Shown here: positions 38,801 through 52,125 of the stretch, one piece after another
How the letters are laid out: each line of letters opens with the position of its first letter
Numbering within the stretch: position 1 is the first letter of the stretch
Assembly: GCA_043228905.1 (NCBI GenBank)
Contig: JBHGNT010000015.1
Span: 2,976,001-3,040,000 of the forward strand
Reading direction: 5' to 3'
DNA: 64,000 nucleotides
Origin: Azolla caroliniana
Taxonomy: Eukaryota; Plantae; Polypodiophyta
Translations under genes and position numbers: made by a program
Notes under the pieces: generated by a model
Databases searched by the model: none
Told to the model about the DNA's origin: nothing
Seen by the model: the letters and a program-made list of their open reading frames with translations, nothing else

Positions 38801-39455
38801 GTATACACTCATCTTCCTTTGAGGGCTCATCTTTAGTTGCTATTACAGTACCTAAAAGAGAACCTATTTGGGCAAATACTTGATGTCATTCTTTCTTCAA
38901 TCTTGGAAAAAAGGCCGTAAAGATCATATGGGCTTCTTTGTGTTGCAAAATCTCATCTCCAACCACATTATGAGTCCACATGTAGAAAGATATCCAATTG
39001 CCCTGCAATGTTGTATGTTTGATCTTCAACAAACGATCAACTGAAGAAGAATCAGAAAACTCCAAATAATAACATCCTTTGCCCATGAATTGGATGTCCA
39101 CAACAGTGTTGATATCTTCTGGGAAGGAAGCGTACAACATTCGACGCAACTCGGGCCTATTTGGCCTTGATCCTTCCATATGAGCTACCAGAGAAACCTC
39201 CTGTAGTTGTTTTACTTTTGCCAACACAATATTCTTATCATTATATAACAAGGAGAGTGAGACGACCTTACTTGAAATATGGGGAGAGGTAGAAGGTTGA
39301 TTGAGGGGAGGTGCACCGGAACCCCCTCTATGTGTCGAATCAGGTATTAGTCGTTGTTCTGCCATCACTCCTCGCTCTGTTCTGTCAATCCAATGATTAA
39401 TTATAACTTGTGTGTGAGAGATGCAAAGTTGTGGATGTATTCCATCAATGATCAA
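32864..39455 (-). mobile_element. Near full-length decayed L1-clade LINE (ORF1, APE, RT, zf-RVT)
   Basis: ORF1 with CFICRHFGHLGKDC; endonuclease LNLYA..DFN..SRLDRFY; RT WRPITLLN, LDFEKAYDRV, VRQGCPLAP, FADD; C-terminal CCQLQEETLKHLFWTC. Many stops. Ends approximate; no TSD found. Confidence 0.9.
34162..34824 (+). mobile_element. Solo LTR related to element F, inserted in the LINE
   Basis: TGTCGTAGTG..CATGACA; TSD ACGT on both sides. Confidence 0.9.
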
Positions 39456-39619
39456 TTATAACTTGTGTGAGAGAGAGGGTGGGAAAGAAAGAAATAACAA
39501 AGTAGAACTTGATCAAAGCAAAGAGCTTGAGAAAGAAACAAGTATAGAAAGAAAGAATTAGAACTTGATCAAAAAAAGGGAGAGAGTGAGAGAGAAATCA
39601 AGAAAGAAGTAGAAGCAAG

Positions 39620-39621
<2 letters not shown>

Positions 39622-39681
<60 letters not shown>
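39622..39681 (+). repeat. (GA)n microsatellite
   Basis: Pure GA run. Confidence 0.95.
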
Positions 39682-39686
<5 letters not shown>

Positions 39687-41405
39687 ACAAACAAAAGAGA
39701 GGAGTGGGTTGAAAATAGGAGAAGCCCTACGTTTATTTTCACACTATGCATATGTCCGGGCACTTCTTCTCCTTTATCATATCACATAACATATGTTTAC
39801 ACATTTACCCTTCTCAAATAAAACTATATACCATAGCCTATGAATTGTAATTTGTAACTACCAATACATGTACTATTGTTTTGGCCTTAGCAAAATTTGA
39901 CGGTATTAACAAATTTTAAACCTTCATTTTTACGTTCTTATAAAATATATGCCCGTCAAGATTGACTGTTTCATTTTCAAATTAACCTTCATATATGGTT
40001 AAATTTGCAAAAAAAACGGTCAAAACGGCCGTCAAAAGGCAACACTGAAATTTACAAGTGTTGCTATATTCTATTTTTCTCATTCAAAGATCTATATTAT
40101 ACAATATCTATAAACCTAGTATCTCATTGATTGGTGTCTACAAATTGCAAGTGTGTCTCATGTGGCGTTGGATTCAAGCTTCAAGCAATGGATGTTGTGA
40201 TTACACCATGTTTGCACACATATCATATGCTATGTCCTAAGTACCATTTTGAGAAAATAAATACATATATCGATTGTAAAAGAATAAGTAGAATCGAATA
40301 GTACTTAGATATGGGTATAAAAGGTCACTCCTTAAGTGCGTGATTTTGCATATGTGTCATTTATCATTTATAATTCCATTCTACATTCAGGTTGTTTAGT
40401 ATTGGTGTAGTACAAAGTTCATTCTGCACTTAGGTGTGCAATTGGTTTAGTATTAGCATCGTTCCTTACACTATATTTCATTCTATATTTAGGGGGTTTA
40501 GTACTTGTGTAATACAAGTTTTACTCTATAATTTGGTTTGCAGTTGGTTTAGTAAACATTGTTCCTTACACTAGATTTCATTTTATATTTAGGTGTTTTA
40601 GAATTGATGTAGAACTAAGTTCATTATGAACTTAGATGTCGAGTTGGTTTAGTACTAACATTGCTCCGTACACTATTTTGGATTATGTATTTAGGTGGTT
40701 TAGTATTGATATAGAACTAAGTTTATTATGCATTTAGATGTTCAATTGGTTTAGTACTAACATTGCTCCTTGCATTATTTTGCATTCTGTACTTAGGTGG
40801 TTTACTACAGATGTAGAACAAATGGGCATGAAGCACTTAGGTTGTTTAGTACTAACATTGTTAATTATATTATATTTCATTCTATATTCATGTGATTTAG
40901 TATTGATGTAGAACAAATGGGCATGAAGCACTTAGGTGTTTAGTTGGTTTAGTACTAACGTTATTCATTACATTAGAAACCATTTTATATTCAGGAGATT
41001 TAGTACTAATGAAGTACAAAGTTCATTATGCAGTTAGGTGTTTAATTGGCGTGTGCATTTTAGTTGTTCATTACATTATGTTTCATTTTGTAGAACCAAA
41101 TTCATTCTACACTTATAGGTAGTTAATATGTAGTTTGTTTGACTCTATTTAGAGGGAGGAGTCAAGTTACGATTCTCGTTTTACAATGTTGTTGTATTAA
41201 CCACTCATGTTATGATTCTCGCAATCAATGTCATATTCATGTCATTTAGTATTGATGTAGAACAAATGGCCATGAAGCATTTAGGTGTTTAGTTGGTTTA
41301 GTACTAATGTTGTTCATTACATTATATTTCATTATGTAGAACCAAGTTCATCCTGCACTTATAGGTAATCATCATGTAGTTTGTTTGACTCTATTCATAG
41401 GGAGG

Positions 41406-41903
41406 TGTCACATTCTAGACTCGAACCTCTGACTTTTAACACACACCGTACATTTTGTTGTGTTAATCATATGGAAACTCTTGTGAACTGTCCACATTCG
41501 ATTGTGAACTTGTATATAGTATAGAGTCTAGTCTATAGTATATTCAAGAATATTCTAATCGTTAGTATATTCTAGAATGATTCTGTGGTATACTCTAAAC
41601 GGGTATATTTTTCAGATATTTCTCGAGTATATTCTAGAGATATTCAATCTCACAAATTGTATAAATACTTGTAACATCCTTGGTTCCTTTCAAGGGATTC
41701 AACACCAGTCATTGACACATCAATTTAGTATTCTCGTTTCACCTCATCTTTGTCTCCTGGATCTTTATTTCTGTCTTCATGCCCTCATGCGCTCACAACA
41801 TCTAGAGTTCCTAGCCTTGTCACATCTAGCTCCAAGTTCATCCATTCCTCTTGGCCCCATCATCTGTGCTCCGTCCTAGTCCACACTTGGTGTGTCCGTG
41901 ACA
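41406..41903. mobile_element. Solo LTR (498 bp), unrelated family
   Basis: TGTCAC..GTGACA; 5-bp TSD GGAGG; the empty-site paralogue is visible at ~41140-41190. Confidence 0.88.
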
Positions 41904-43469
41904 GGAGGAGTCATGTTACGATTCTCATTTTACAATTTTGCTATAATAACCACTCATGTTACAATTCTTGCAATGAATGTTATAGTATTTGATAACACAA
42001 CACTAGGGAAGGGCATTGAACAACTAACCCCCATATTAATGTGTGTAGAATTTGCTGGGAACTCCAAAGTTTGTGGTTATGCCTTAGCTTAAAGAATGAA
42101 TCTTATAATGAAGATGAATGCATGAGAAGGGCCCTTGATTGTAGACCATCTAACAACAAACATATATTCTTCAAGCTCGGGCCTACACGATAATGTGAAA
42201 GGTAATGTTATTGTGTTTATTCTTGATTTTATAATTGTGCCTCCACTTCTATTTTCCGATATTTCAACCAATGAAAGTCCAAGAGCCTACAAAGAAGCAT
42301 AATGCAACACAAAAATTATATGGAAAGGGGAAGAAATGGAAGAGTTCTTATAGTGGTGGGTCATGCATATTCTCATATACTTTGTGTTGCGTTAGGGTAC
42401 ACAAATGATTTTGGGTAATGATATGCATGTGGTTTAGACAATGATGAAATCATTAGTGAAGTTGAAGAGGAAGATGATGGGTCACAACATGAAGAAGAGT
42501 TTAACACCATCCTAGGTACCTTTGAGAACTCCAATCATTTCACCTTTTTTTTTCCAAAAAAAACTCCTTCCATTAGTTATAAAATTTTACAAATGAGATT
42601 ATAAAATCTTATGTGGATGCCCACTGACTCAAGAAAGGGAGATGACGACCATTGTTAGATGAAGGCTATTCGTTGTCTTTCAACTCCATCAGAGTTGCCC
42701 TTGAGGCCATCATATTGGCTCTTTAACGTGGCTACAATTTCACTCCATATCTCTTGGAGTAACATTGTTGGATGCGCGGTTTGGTTGGAGAAGACCCATC
42801 TACACCGTTGTTTCCATAGAATCCAAAGAGTTATTGGGCTGACCAATTCCAACACAACTTGAGATTTGTCATTAAGAGGAGTTGAGTGGACATTGCCGAT
42901 GGTGGAGAAAAAAACCTCTTGTGCTTTTATCACCAAAGTCATCCCCTCCTCTTGATGCTCGTATCTGCCAACTGGGGTTTGCCATGATAGCCAACATATA
43001 TTTCCCCACTTGATGGAGCCTTGCACCTGGCATAATTGCAACAAGCGGCCAACCCCCCGCCATATTTGATGGGACGCTGGGCAGCCCCATAGAGCATGTC
43101 GTATTGATTCTAATGCATTTGAGCACTCTACACAATTAGGAGAGCTAAAGTTCGCACGTTGCCATGCTCCCACCGGTAGTGACTTATGTATTAATAGCCA
43201 TTGGAACGTGGTAATTCGCCTCGCGTGTTGTTGTTTCCAATTTTTTTGCCAAAAACTTGGTGATAATTGTGTGAGGAACTTGATATGTGTGCCATACCTT
43301 TGCAGCAGCCGGCTCTCAAGCAGTTTGAGTAGCTAGGATGTGGCGACCCAATCTAGTTGTGAATTGGAAGAAAGGGATGGGTTTGCTTCCTTGCTTCGTG
43401 TAAGGATCACGCCATATCCATTGCAAAGGGTCCCAACTGACCTTACGTAGCCATGTGTTTTCATAAGTA

Positions 43470-44916
43470 TGTTACCCATAGGAGTTGTACGGGGCGGTAT
43501 AAGGGTAAAACACGTTAAAGGGGTTGTTTGGTATGTGTAATGTATATGTGTGAGGATGAGTATGTGTGAGCACATGCACAATTATGTGCATGTGACAAGA
43601 ATGTAACGGTCTCTTTTTGTAATGGACATATTATTTACCGTTACATTATGTATTATATAAACCCCTTACGAGGCATGTAATGAGATATGGTTTTTTCCCC
43701 TCTCACTTGGTGTCATTTTATATTTGTCTTTCTCTCTAGTTCTCACTTTATCGTAACCCCCTTGGGAGGGGGGTGAAGCCATTCTAGGCTTCGCCCCCCA
43801 CCCCAACAACACTTTTGGCCAAGACGCGTGACCAAGAGTACGGCGAAGTGATGGCCGAAAGAAGGTTGGCCGAGAATCAGCTGAGAGATCAGCGTCATCC
43901 AAGAGCCTATCGAGATACGGCAACAACCGATGGTGGCGGACAGACAGAGAGCCGGCTGAAGGAGAGAAAGAGACGGCCCCGAATAGAGTCGGCCAGTCGG
44001 CCGAGAGAACCAAACAGCCAGTGGACAGAGCTAGCGGGTGGAGACGGCCACCGGATAGAAGGAGAGAGGAGGCCAAGAGAAGACAAACTGGAAGAAACGA
44101 AGAGGAGGAAGAAGAAGCATGAGAAACATAAGGGCAGAGAAGATGAAATTTCAAAAGCTCAAGGGCATGACGTGAGATTTCAAAAAGTGGATGGCAGAAT
44201 GTAGAATTTCGAAAATTCAAGGGCCAAAAAAAAAAAAAAAAAAACTTGAGGGTAAAATTTTTAGAGACCAAGGGTACAAAATACAAAGCTCAATTCACAT
44301 GAAGAAACAGAAAAATACACATACATGTAATAGAATCATGAAAGGCCCATGCCGCAATGGAGGAGCCAATTAATGTGATCCAATTGAGCGACATGCTGAC
44401 CGAACGAGAAGGTTCGAGTCAAGCAATGCTCCGATCGAAGTTATTGATCGTAGAGCTATGATCCGGTTGATGGATTTCCGATTGTTGAGACAACTGATGG
44501 AGTTCCGGTCATTAATAGTTGCCATGACGAGTGGGTTCACCGTGCGATGCACTGTCCCACAGGCGTGCCATGTGTTACCCATAGGAGTTGTACGGGGCGG
44601 TATAAGGGTAAAACACGTTAAAGGGGTTGTTCGGTATGTGTAATGTATATGAGTGTGAGGATGAGTATGTGTGAGCACAAGCACAATTATGTGCATGTGA
44701 CAAGAATGTAACGGTCTCTTTTTGTAACGGACATATTATTTACCGTTACATTATGTATCATATAAACCCCTTACGGGGCATGTAATGAGATATAGTTTTT
44801 TCCCCTCTCACTTGGTGTCATTTTGTATTTGTCTTTCTCTCTAGTTCTCACTTTATCGTAACCCCCTTGGGAGGGGGGTGAAGCCATTCTAGGCTTCGCC
44901 CCCCACCCCAACAACA
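43470..44916 (-). mobile_element. Small non-autonomous LTR element G (TRIM-like or deletion derivative)
   Basis: LTRs 43470-43811 and 44573-44916; TSD AAGTA; minus-strand PBS TGGCACGCCTGTGGGAC (44554-44570, tRNA-Arg-type as in Tat elements); 761-bp internal region with no recognisable domain. Confidence 0.88.
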
Positions 44917-45248
44917 AAGTACATATGTGCCAATCAGGTTGTACTTTGATCGGATCAGGATCTACAATCCATTTATGACCAGTAGATGTGAGTACTCGAA
45001 TTGCATTATTCTGTGTTGGTGTCTCATTGTCTCGCAATTCAAAGCCTTCAATCCTGTCTAGTGATCCCCTACCTCTCGGGATCAAAGATCCCTCCTCCTC
45101 GTAGCCTATCCATTTCTCCATTGTCGTCCTATGAGTAGAATCTTCCCTAATCAGTAGAGCATTATTGATTTCTGATCTCATAGTCCATCCGCCCTTGATT
45201 CCATGGAGTATGTTGGCTTGATCTTGTAGTGGCATTGGCATAAACCGT

Positions 45249-45309
45249 TGTCGCGTTGTTACGCACGTGCCTGTAGAAGGGGCGGAACCACGGGGGTCTT
45301 GAACCGAGG

Positions 45310-45362
<53 letters not shown>

Positions 45363-48300
45363 GATACGCAGAGCGAGAAGGCGAGATAAGGAACGTAACA
45401 CTTGATTTCAATAATAGGAGAATACAAGAGGTTACAAGAGAATACGACTCTGACAGTTACAACGGACAAGGCAGCGATGGACCCGACACAGGGATCCTAC
45501 TCACGCACACAGACGGCACTCGCTCGACTCCCAAAAACAAAACAAAAGGGGGGGGGGGGAGAGAGCCTCTGTTGGAAGCGCACGGGCTGTCCACGAAGCA
45601 GAGGTAGCGAACTCCCGACCCACAGAGACCGACGACCGGAGGAGAAGAGAGAGCTCGGCACTCAGATCTGCAGCAGCACTTCGTCCTCCTTAGCTCACGA
45701 TACCTGTTCCTTTTTCCTCTCCCTCCTTAAATAGTTCCCCAAAAGGGGGTGCCCCCTTTTCCTTAGCCAAACTGCTTTATTCCCTTTTCCTGTCAACAGA
45801 GATACACACAAAAATCCCCTAATAAATGTGCACTACCTAGTATTTACACCAGTCGCCTTAATTACGAATTATGTACAATATATCAATCCTCGCGTCCACC
45901 CGTGTAAGAGCCGGTTCATGCGCCTTTTCCTTTGATTCTGCCTATGGCCAATTTTCTTCATGACATCCACCCCCACCAAACTGCGCGTCCACCAGCATGC
46001 GCCAAAGATGGGTAGACACCGAAGAAAACCAGCTTCACTTGTCGGTCTCCGATTCTCCGCCGGACCCGAACTGATCGTCGTCGTTACTCTCGCTCCCCGG
46101 CTCCGGCTCATCTTCGAACCGCTTCTTGAACTCTTTGATCCGCTTCCCAGACACCGGCACCGCTAACCGTGTACCGTCGAGTTCCGCGAGGTGGTACGTG
46201 TCGTTGTTCGTGCTCGTCACCGTGTAGGGCCCGAACCATCTCCTAGCGAACTTTCGCACCGCCTTGTGCTGATTGTCGAGGTTGTTGTCGTATACCAAGA
46301 CCCAGTCGCCTTCGTCGATCTTCTTTGGTTGCAACTCGTGCATCCGGTTGAACCGGGTTTTGTTCCACTCCCTTGTTGTTCGCAGCTTTTCCTTCGCTTG
46401 TATCACGTCCTCTGGCCTCCGCTCAAGTTGCCGAATCCGCACCGCCAACAACTCCTCCCGGCTCATTTCGTCCTTCCTAGTGGCAGGGTACACATCCGCA
46501 CTAGGCCGAGAGGAGTCCGCATCGTCGTAATGTCTCTGCTCTCCACGGCTAGTTGGAACTGATCGTACCCCGAGTACAGATCACCGACAGAATAGATCGA
46601 CCTTCCAGCGAAGGCCTCCGCGAACTCGTCTATGGTCGGTCCGATTCCTGCATTACGGATGGTCACCTTGTTGACTGGTTGCAGGTCCTAAATGAAGCGC
46701 ATCATGCCGTTCTTCTTCGGCATCGTAAACCACCGATTCGAATACGGGGCACTTGACAGTTCGAGGATGCCCATCTCCACCTTTTGCTTCAGGAGCTCCA
46801 TCAACTTCGAGATGTGAGCTCTCGGCACCGGAATCGGCTTGAGATTCCACGGTACATGCGGTACCGTGAAGATTACCATCGGTTCGAGAACTGTCGAGTC
46901 TACGCATCTGATCTCCTCCGCTGAGAATGCGAAAGCCTTCCCATGCCTCCCGAGCATTCTCCAAAACTGGTCCTCCTCCGCCGGAAGTAGAAAGCCGCCC
47001 CCACCGACCTTGAGCTCCCTTAGCGTTATGTCGGTGAACCGGTGCACTATGCCAGCCGGATTCCGTAAACTTGGGTCTGACCCGATCCCTTTTATCCGCT
47101 CCTCGCTGCCCTCTGGCAAGGGTGCCGCGACTGGCCTCACCTTCCGGTCCACAGTCTTCGTACATTCCCATCAAACTAACCGGAACGGTCCGGTCTTCTC
47201 TAAGGTCTTCCCTGATCACCTTTTGTAACTCGCCCAAGGTGTCATCGAAGGAGACCGCCTCCACGGCGCCGCTGATCTCTTCGTCGGGGGGGAGGACCCC
47301 ACATCCCCTGAGCCGCTCCTCCGCTCGCTTCCTCTCCCGGCCGTTGACGCAAGTTATAGTACAACCTCCGTTGTCGGAGAACCAAAATTTCCTACCTATG
47401 GTACAGGTCTTCTTCCGTACTGTACATTCGTGGGGTTCTTCCAGGGTGTCCGGACTATCGCGGCCCCACGCCTTGATAGCCCTCTCTAAAAATCCCCACG
47501 CGTTTCGCCGCCGAGGGCCTCGCAGTTACACTCGTGGTTTGGTCGCACCGTTAGGAACTGGACCGAGTGACGCCCGTCCTGGCTCTTGACTCTTGCATAG
47601 GCTGAACCATTGTCCAGCACCTTGGTCTCCATCCATGCCGTCGTGATATATGGCTCTCCTAGTATAACCGGATGCGAGGACGTCTCCTGCACGAAGAAGT
47701 GTTGGTCGATCTCGACATCGCCGATTTTCACCCGTATGTTCGAACAGGCCCCATGCAGTTCTTCCGTGGCGTGCGTTGCTGCCCATATCTTCCAGCCATG
47801 CTTGGTGTTGATCGGCCATTTACCCTTCTTGTAGAAATCCATGGACATCAGGTTGATTTCGGATCCATGGTCTACCAATGCCACCACCGGTTCTAGAACG
47901 TTGTCGATCCGTACAGGGGTTTCCGTAGTTGCCCTGGCCCAATGCGGCTTCATGTAGTGGCTTCCCGCCAGCCCGTCTTCTAGGGTTTCGTCTTCCAGGT
48001 GTGTGGTCCGCACCTCCACCGGCTTCTCCGGTTCCGGCTCCGTCGAGAGCCTCTTCCGCTTCACCAAGTCTACGATAGAGTCGTGGAACTCCCTCTTGGC
48101 GATTCCCAGCACCTCCCACAATGACAACTCCACTTTGTTGTCGAGGATACGTTCCTCTAGGACCTTTCGCAGGTCTGTGGTCCTTTCAATTTCGGTGCTC
48201 AACCGAAACCCCGCCTGCTTCTTTCCGTCTGGCGCGCCTGGGTTGCCGGCACCGGTCGGTTTCGGTCCGAACCGGGTCTCATACCTCTACGGGGGACCGA

Positions 48301-50355
48301 CCCCTCCGGCCTTTCCTGCCCGTTTGTCCTCCACCAGAACCTCATAGTTCTGGCCAGCGGCTTCTACGAAGCCCGTTTTCTCTTCGACTGGATCGTCCCA
48401 ACCGGTGACCCCCTGGACCCGTTGTTCTGCGCGATCTGCCTCTTCCTTCTTCAGTCGAACTCCAGAGAGGCCTTCTAGCACTAGCGGCTAGAATCCGGAG
48501 TCCTTCGCCTTCCGGGTCTCATCACCCCCGACCCGAATTCCCGCCGACACTGAGTAGTTAATGGCTTCGACGTGCCGTGTCACAGCCTCTTCCATCAACC
48601 TCTTCATTCCGTCGCACCCCGTATTCAGTTCTAGGGCTCTCCGGGTCTCGCTCGCGTGCACCCGCCCGTTCCAGAGGTACACCATGTTGGTCCTAAGCGT
48701 GCCGGCGAAATCCGCGCAATCCTTCCAAATGTGACCGATCGCGTCACACCACATGCACCGCTGCCCAGCCGGCGGCCTCCGGTCGCGAGGTTGTTCGTCG
48801 CTGTCTCTCCGGGCATGTGCAATCTACAGGTCGCGCACCATCTGTGTCAGCTCCCTTAGAGCTGCTCCTCCGGATGGGCCTCTGACCACGTCGTTCGATG
48901 CCAACCCCGACTCTGGCCAGATTCAGGTCTCTTCCTTCCTACCGGCCAGCACCGATACCGGCTCCTCAAGCCTCCTCCCCAAGACCGGCCTCGACCCCGA
49001 CAAGCTTCCGTCGCTCCAATCGCGCCGTTTGTCGAAACGGCTCCAGACCTGTTTTACCACGGCCCAGTCTACCGTGAGCCCTTCGTCCGTTTCCAATAGG
49101 GGACCCACCTTTTCCCTATCAAGCGCTTCCACCGACTTGACAAACAGTAGTACTCGACTTGTTTCAAGCACCGTCCGGTCCAGCGTCGACAGCCACGCGA
49201 ACCATTTTTCAAACTCCTGGAGGAGCACCGACGTGTTCCTCCCCTTCCCGGGGCTTTCCACCCACGCCATGAAGTCCCGCCTCAACAACTGAAGCGAGTC
49301 GTCAACCCCGTACTTCTCGAGGAGCTACAGCCCGAACTCCTCCCAAGTCTGGCATCCGGTCAGCACCTTGAGCACCTCCGCGTGGATGCCCGGCGTCACC
49401 ACCCGAGGGAATCCAGACAGGCGCCTGTCCACCGAGATATCCCTCATGATCATTTCGGCCCCGTAAGCCTCCAAATAACTTGTGGCGTCTTTCCCTCCGA
49501 AACGGCCTATAGAGCTGACAATCGATTCAATAGCTCTGTCGAGGGTACCCGTCCCCTCACGAGCGCTCACCAGCCGGTCGATGGCCACCGCCATTGCCTC
49601 TACTAGCTCTGATCCCCTCATCTTTCGACTCCTTTTCCGCCCCGTTCACGTCGGGTTCACCAAATATGTCGTGTTGTTACGCGTGTGCGTGTAGAAGGGG
49701 CGGGACCACGGGGGTCTTGAACCGAGGAGCAAGAGAGAGAGAGAGAGTTTTGTAGATGTGTGGAGCGAGAAGGCAAAATAAGGAACGTAACACTTGATTT
49801 CAATAAAAGGAGAATACAAGAGGTTACAAGAGAATACGACTTGGACAGTTACAACGGACAAGGCGGCGATGGACCCGACACAGGGATCCTACTCACGGAC
49901 ACAAACGGCACTCGCTCGACTCCCAAAAACAAAACAAAAGGGGGGGGGGAGAGAGCCTCTGTTGGAAGCGCACGGGTTGTCCACGAAGCAGAGGCAGCGA
50001 ACTCCCGACCCACAAAGACCGACGACCGGAGGAGAAGAGAGAGCTCGGCACTCAGATCTACAACAGCACTTCGTCCTCCCTAGCGCGCGATACCTGTTCC
50101 TTTTTCCTCTCCCTCCTTAAATAGTTCCCCAAAAGGGGGTGCCCCCTTTTCCTTAGCCAAACTGCTTTATTCCCTGTTCTTGTCGACAGAGATACGCACA
50201 AAAATGCCCTAATAAATGTGCACTACCTAGTATTTATAGCAGTCGCCTTAATTACGAATTATGTACAATATATCAATCCTTGCGTCCACCCGTGTAAGAG
50301 CCGGTTCATGCGCCTTTTCCTTCGATTCCGCGTATGGCCGGTTTTCTTCACGACA
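45249..50355 (-). mobile_element. Ty3/Gypsy element E (tRNA-Trp PBS) lacking most of RT, RNase H and integrase
   Basis: LTRs 45249-45965 and 49667-50355; TSD CCGT; PBS TGGTGAACCCGACGTG at 49647-49662; PPT GGTGGGGGTGGA; protease LVDHGSEIN. RT (MCTLP) is fused to the integrase tail at ~46480. Confidence 0.93.
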
Positions 50356-51689
50356 CCGTCTCCAACATTCTATGCATTTTCCTAGACCTTCTGCAATGTA
50401 TCCCCATGAAAACCCCTTACTTGATCCAAGTGTTTGATTAGATTCATACTTGATATATGGGTTCCATAGGATATGTTGACTGAGCCAGGCAGATTCGGAA
50501 CTCAGTTGATCGCACTTGAGACCTCGTCTAATGTCACACAATGCCTTCCACATGGATGCATTGAATCAATCCTCCAATTGGCGAGAGAAACTAGATTTCA
50601 GATCCATGTTTAGAATCCATCCCGTTTGGGGGGCCCAATTAACCCCTTTTCGTGGCCTAAAGTAAGCGAAACGTAACCGCAGTAGCATTTTCCAACAGTC
50701 ATTTCCTGGTTGGAGTCCTCGCACCACAAATTTGGCAAGTAAGGCTTTTGATTGTGAGAGGGGATCAACAAGACCCAATCCCCCACTTGACTTAGGTGTT
50801 GTGAGTATAGGCCATGCCACCTTGGCGCGAGTTACATGATCTTCCTTACCAGACCAAATGTAGTTGCGTACCAATCGTTGAATCTAATGTATATTGTTCT
50901 TGGAGATTGTCCAACATGATAGATTGTACCATGTTGTTGCGATTAGTAACTGGTTTGCCACTATGATGCGACCTATTAGAGATAGTTTGTCGAATGGAAT
51001 GGATAACGGATGCAATCATAGTCTCTGGCGGTATGTTGAAACCAATTTGGAAACCCAAATATTTGGTGCTCGCTCCTTGATTGATCCATTTGAAAGCGGG
51101 ATGTGGCTGCCACGCAGGATGTGTTTCATGAGAAAGCCATATTACACAGGATTTGTGCAATCATTTTACCTTTTATTATGGTCATAACCAATTGGTTTAA
51201 ATAACGGTATTGTTGTGAGTTCATATAGTATTGGTATAACCCCAACAAGACCAGTACCATTAGATTCACTATTGAAGACTCAAGCACCATTGCAAGTGGG
51301 TTGAAGAGAAGATTACAAACACAACCAGCCACGAAGATTTCACTACAGATAATAAGGATGATGAAGGAACAATAGGTAGGAGTTATACATCTTCATTTTA
51401 AACTTTAATTTGTATATCAGAATGATCACTACAAGAATGTTGTTTGATAATATTAGTGGTATCATTTCAAATGTAGTTGGAATGAAGGTGGCGCTTGATA
51501 ATACACTATACAAAGCACTAAAGAAGGCTCCATAATCGGAACCATCCCATGTCCAGAAGTAGGCTCCATCAACATCGCCACCACCCATGTGGAGAACACC
51601 AATAACACCACAACACCCAATTATGTGATGTCTAGCACTATGTGATGTAGAATCTTGTTTGTCAGAGCATTGATTCAAATATGTGCACT

Positions 51690-52030
51690 AAATTCAAAAG
51701 AGAGATATAGTCTTAATATGATATGTATATTTGTACACTCTTTAACTATGAATTCGAATGTTAGATGTTCAACTTTAATTCTGTTCACCGCCAAAATATG
51801 TGATGTCTCTTATGCATACTATCAAAAGATGTGATGAGTCTTGTGTGTACTCTCAAAATTGTAAAGCCGTGTGATGAATCTTAATAGGTTTTGTAGTAAA
51901 TTCAAAAGAGAGACATAGTACTAAAATGATATGTATACATGTACACTCCCTAACTATTAATACATATGTTAGATGTTCACCTTTAATTCTGCTCACCATT
52001 AAATTATGTGATGTCTCTTATGCATACATA
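51690..52030. repeat. Tandem duplication (~209 bp period)
   Basis: aattcaaaagagaga(t/c)atagt.. at ~51691 and ~51900. Confidence 0.8.
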
Positions 52031-52125
52031 ATGAGTTCGTTAGTTGTATTAGGTTTGTAGTCAATATTACCAAAGTCACTTTACACTCAATAATACCAAA
52101 GAGGGTATATATGCATTCCTTAATG

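Larger units (their letters stand above)
42545..51157 (-). mobile_element. 5'-truncated L1-clade LINE split by elements G and E
   Basis: Poly(T) at 42545-42553. TSD CAATCATTT(C/T)ACC at 42532-42544 and 51158-51170. ORF2 remnants KYLGFQIG, AKVAWPILTTPKSSGGLGL, CVECSNALESIRHALWGC. Confidence 0.88.

Noticed and set aside
43815-44204. 129-aa charged ORF inside element G
   Set aside because: Antisense to the PBS orientation, purine-rich and low complexity, with no recognisable domain.
51343-51678. 111-aa ORF with GGGDVDGAYFWTWDGSDYG
   Set aside because: No family motif recognised; likely the antisense of decayed sequence within the second Sola-like copy.
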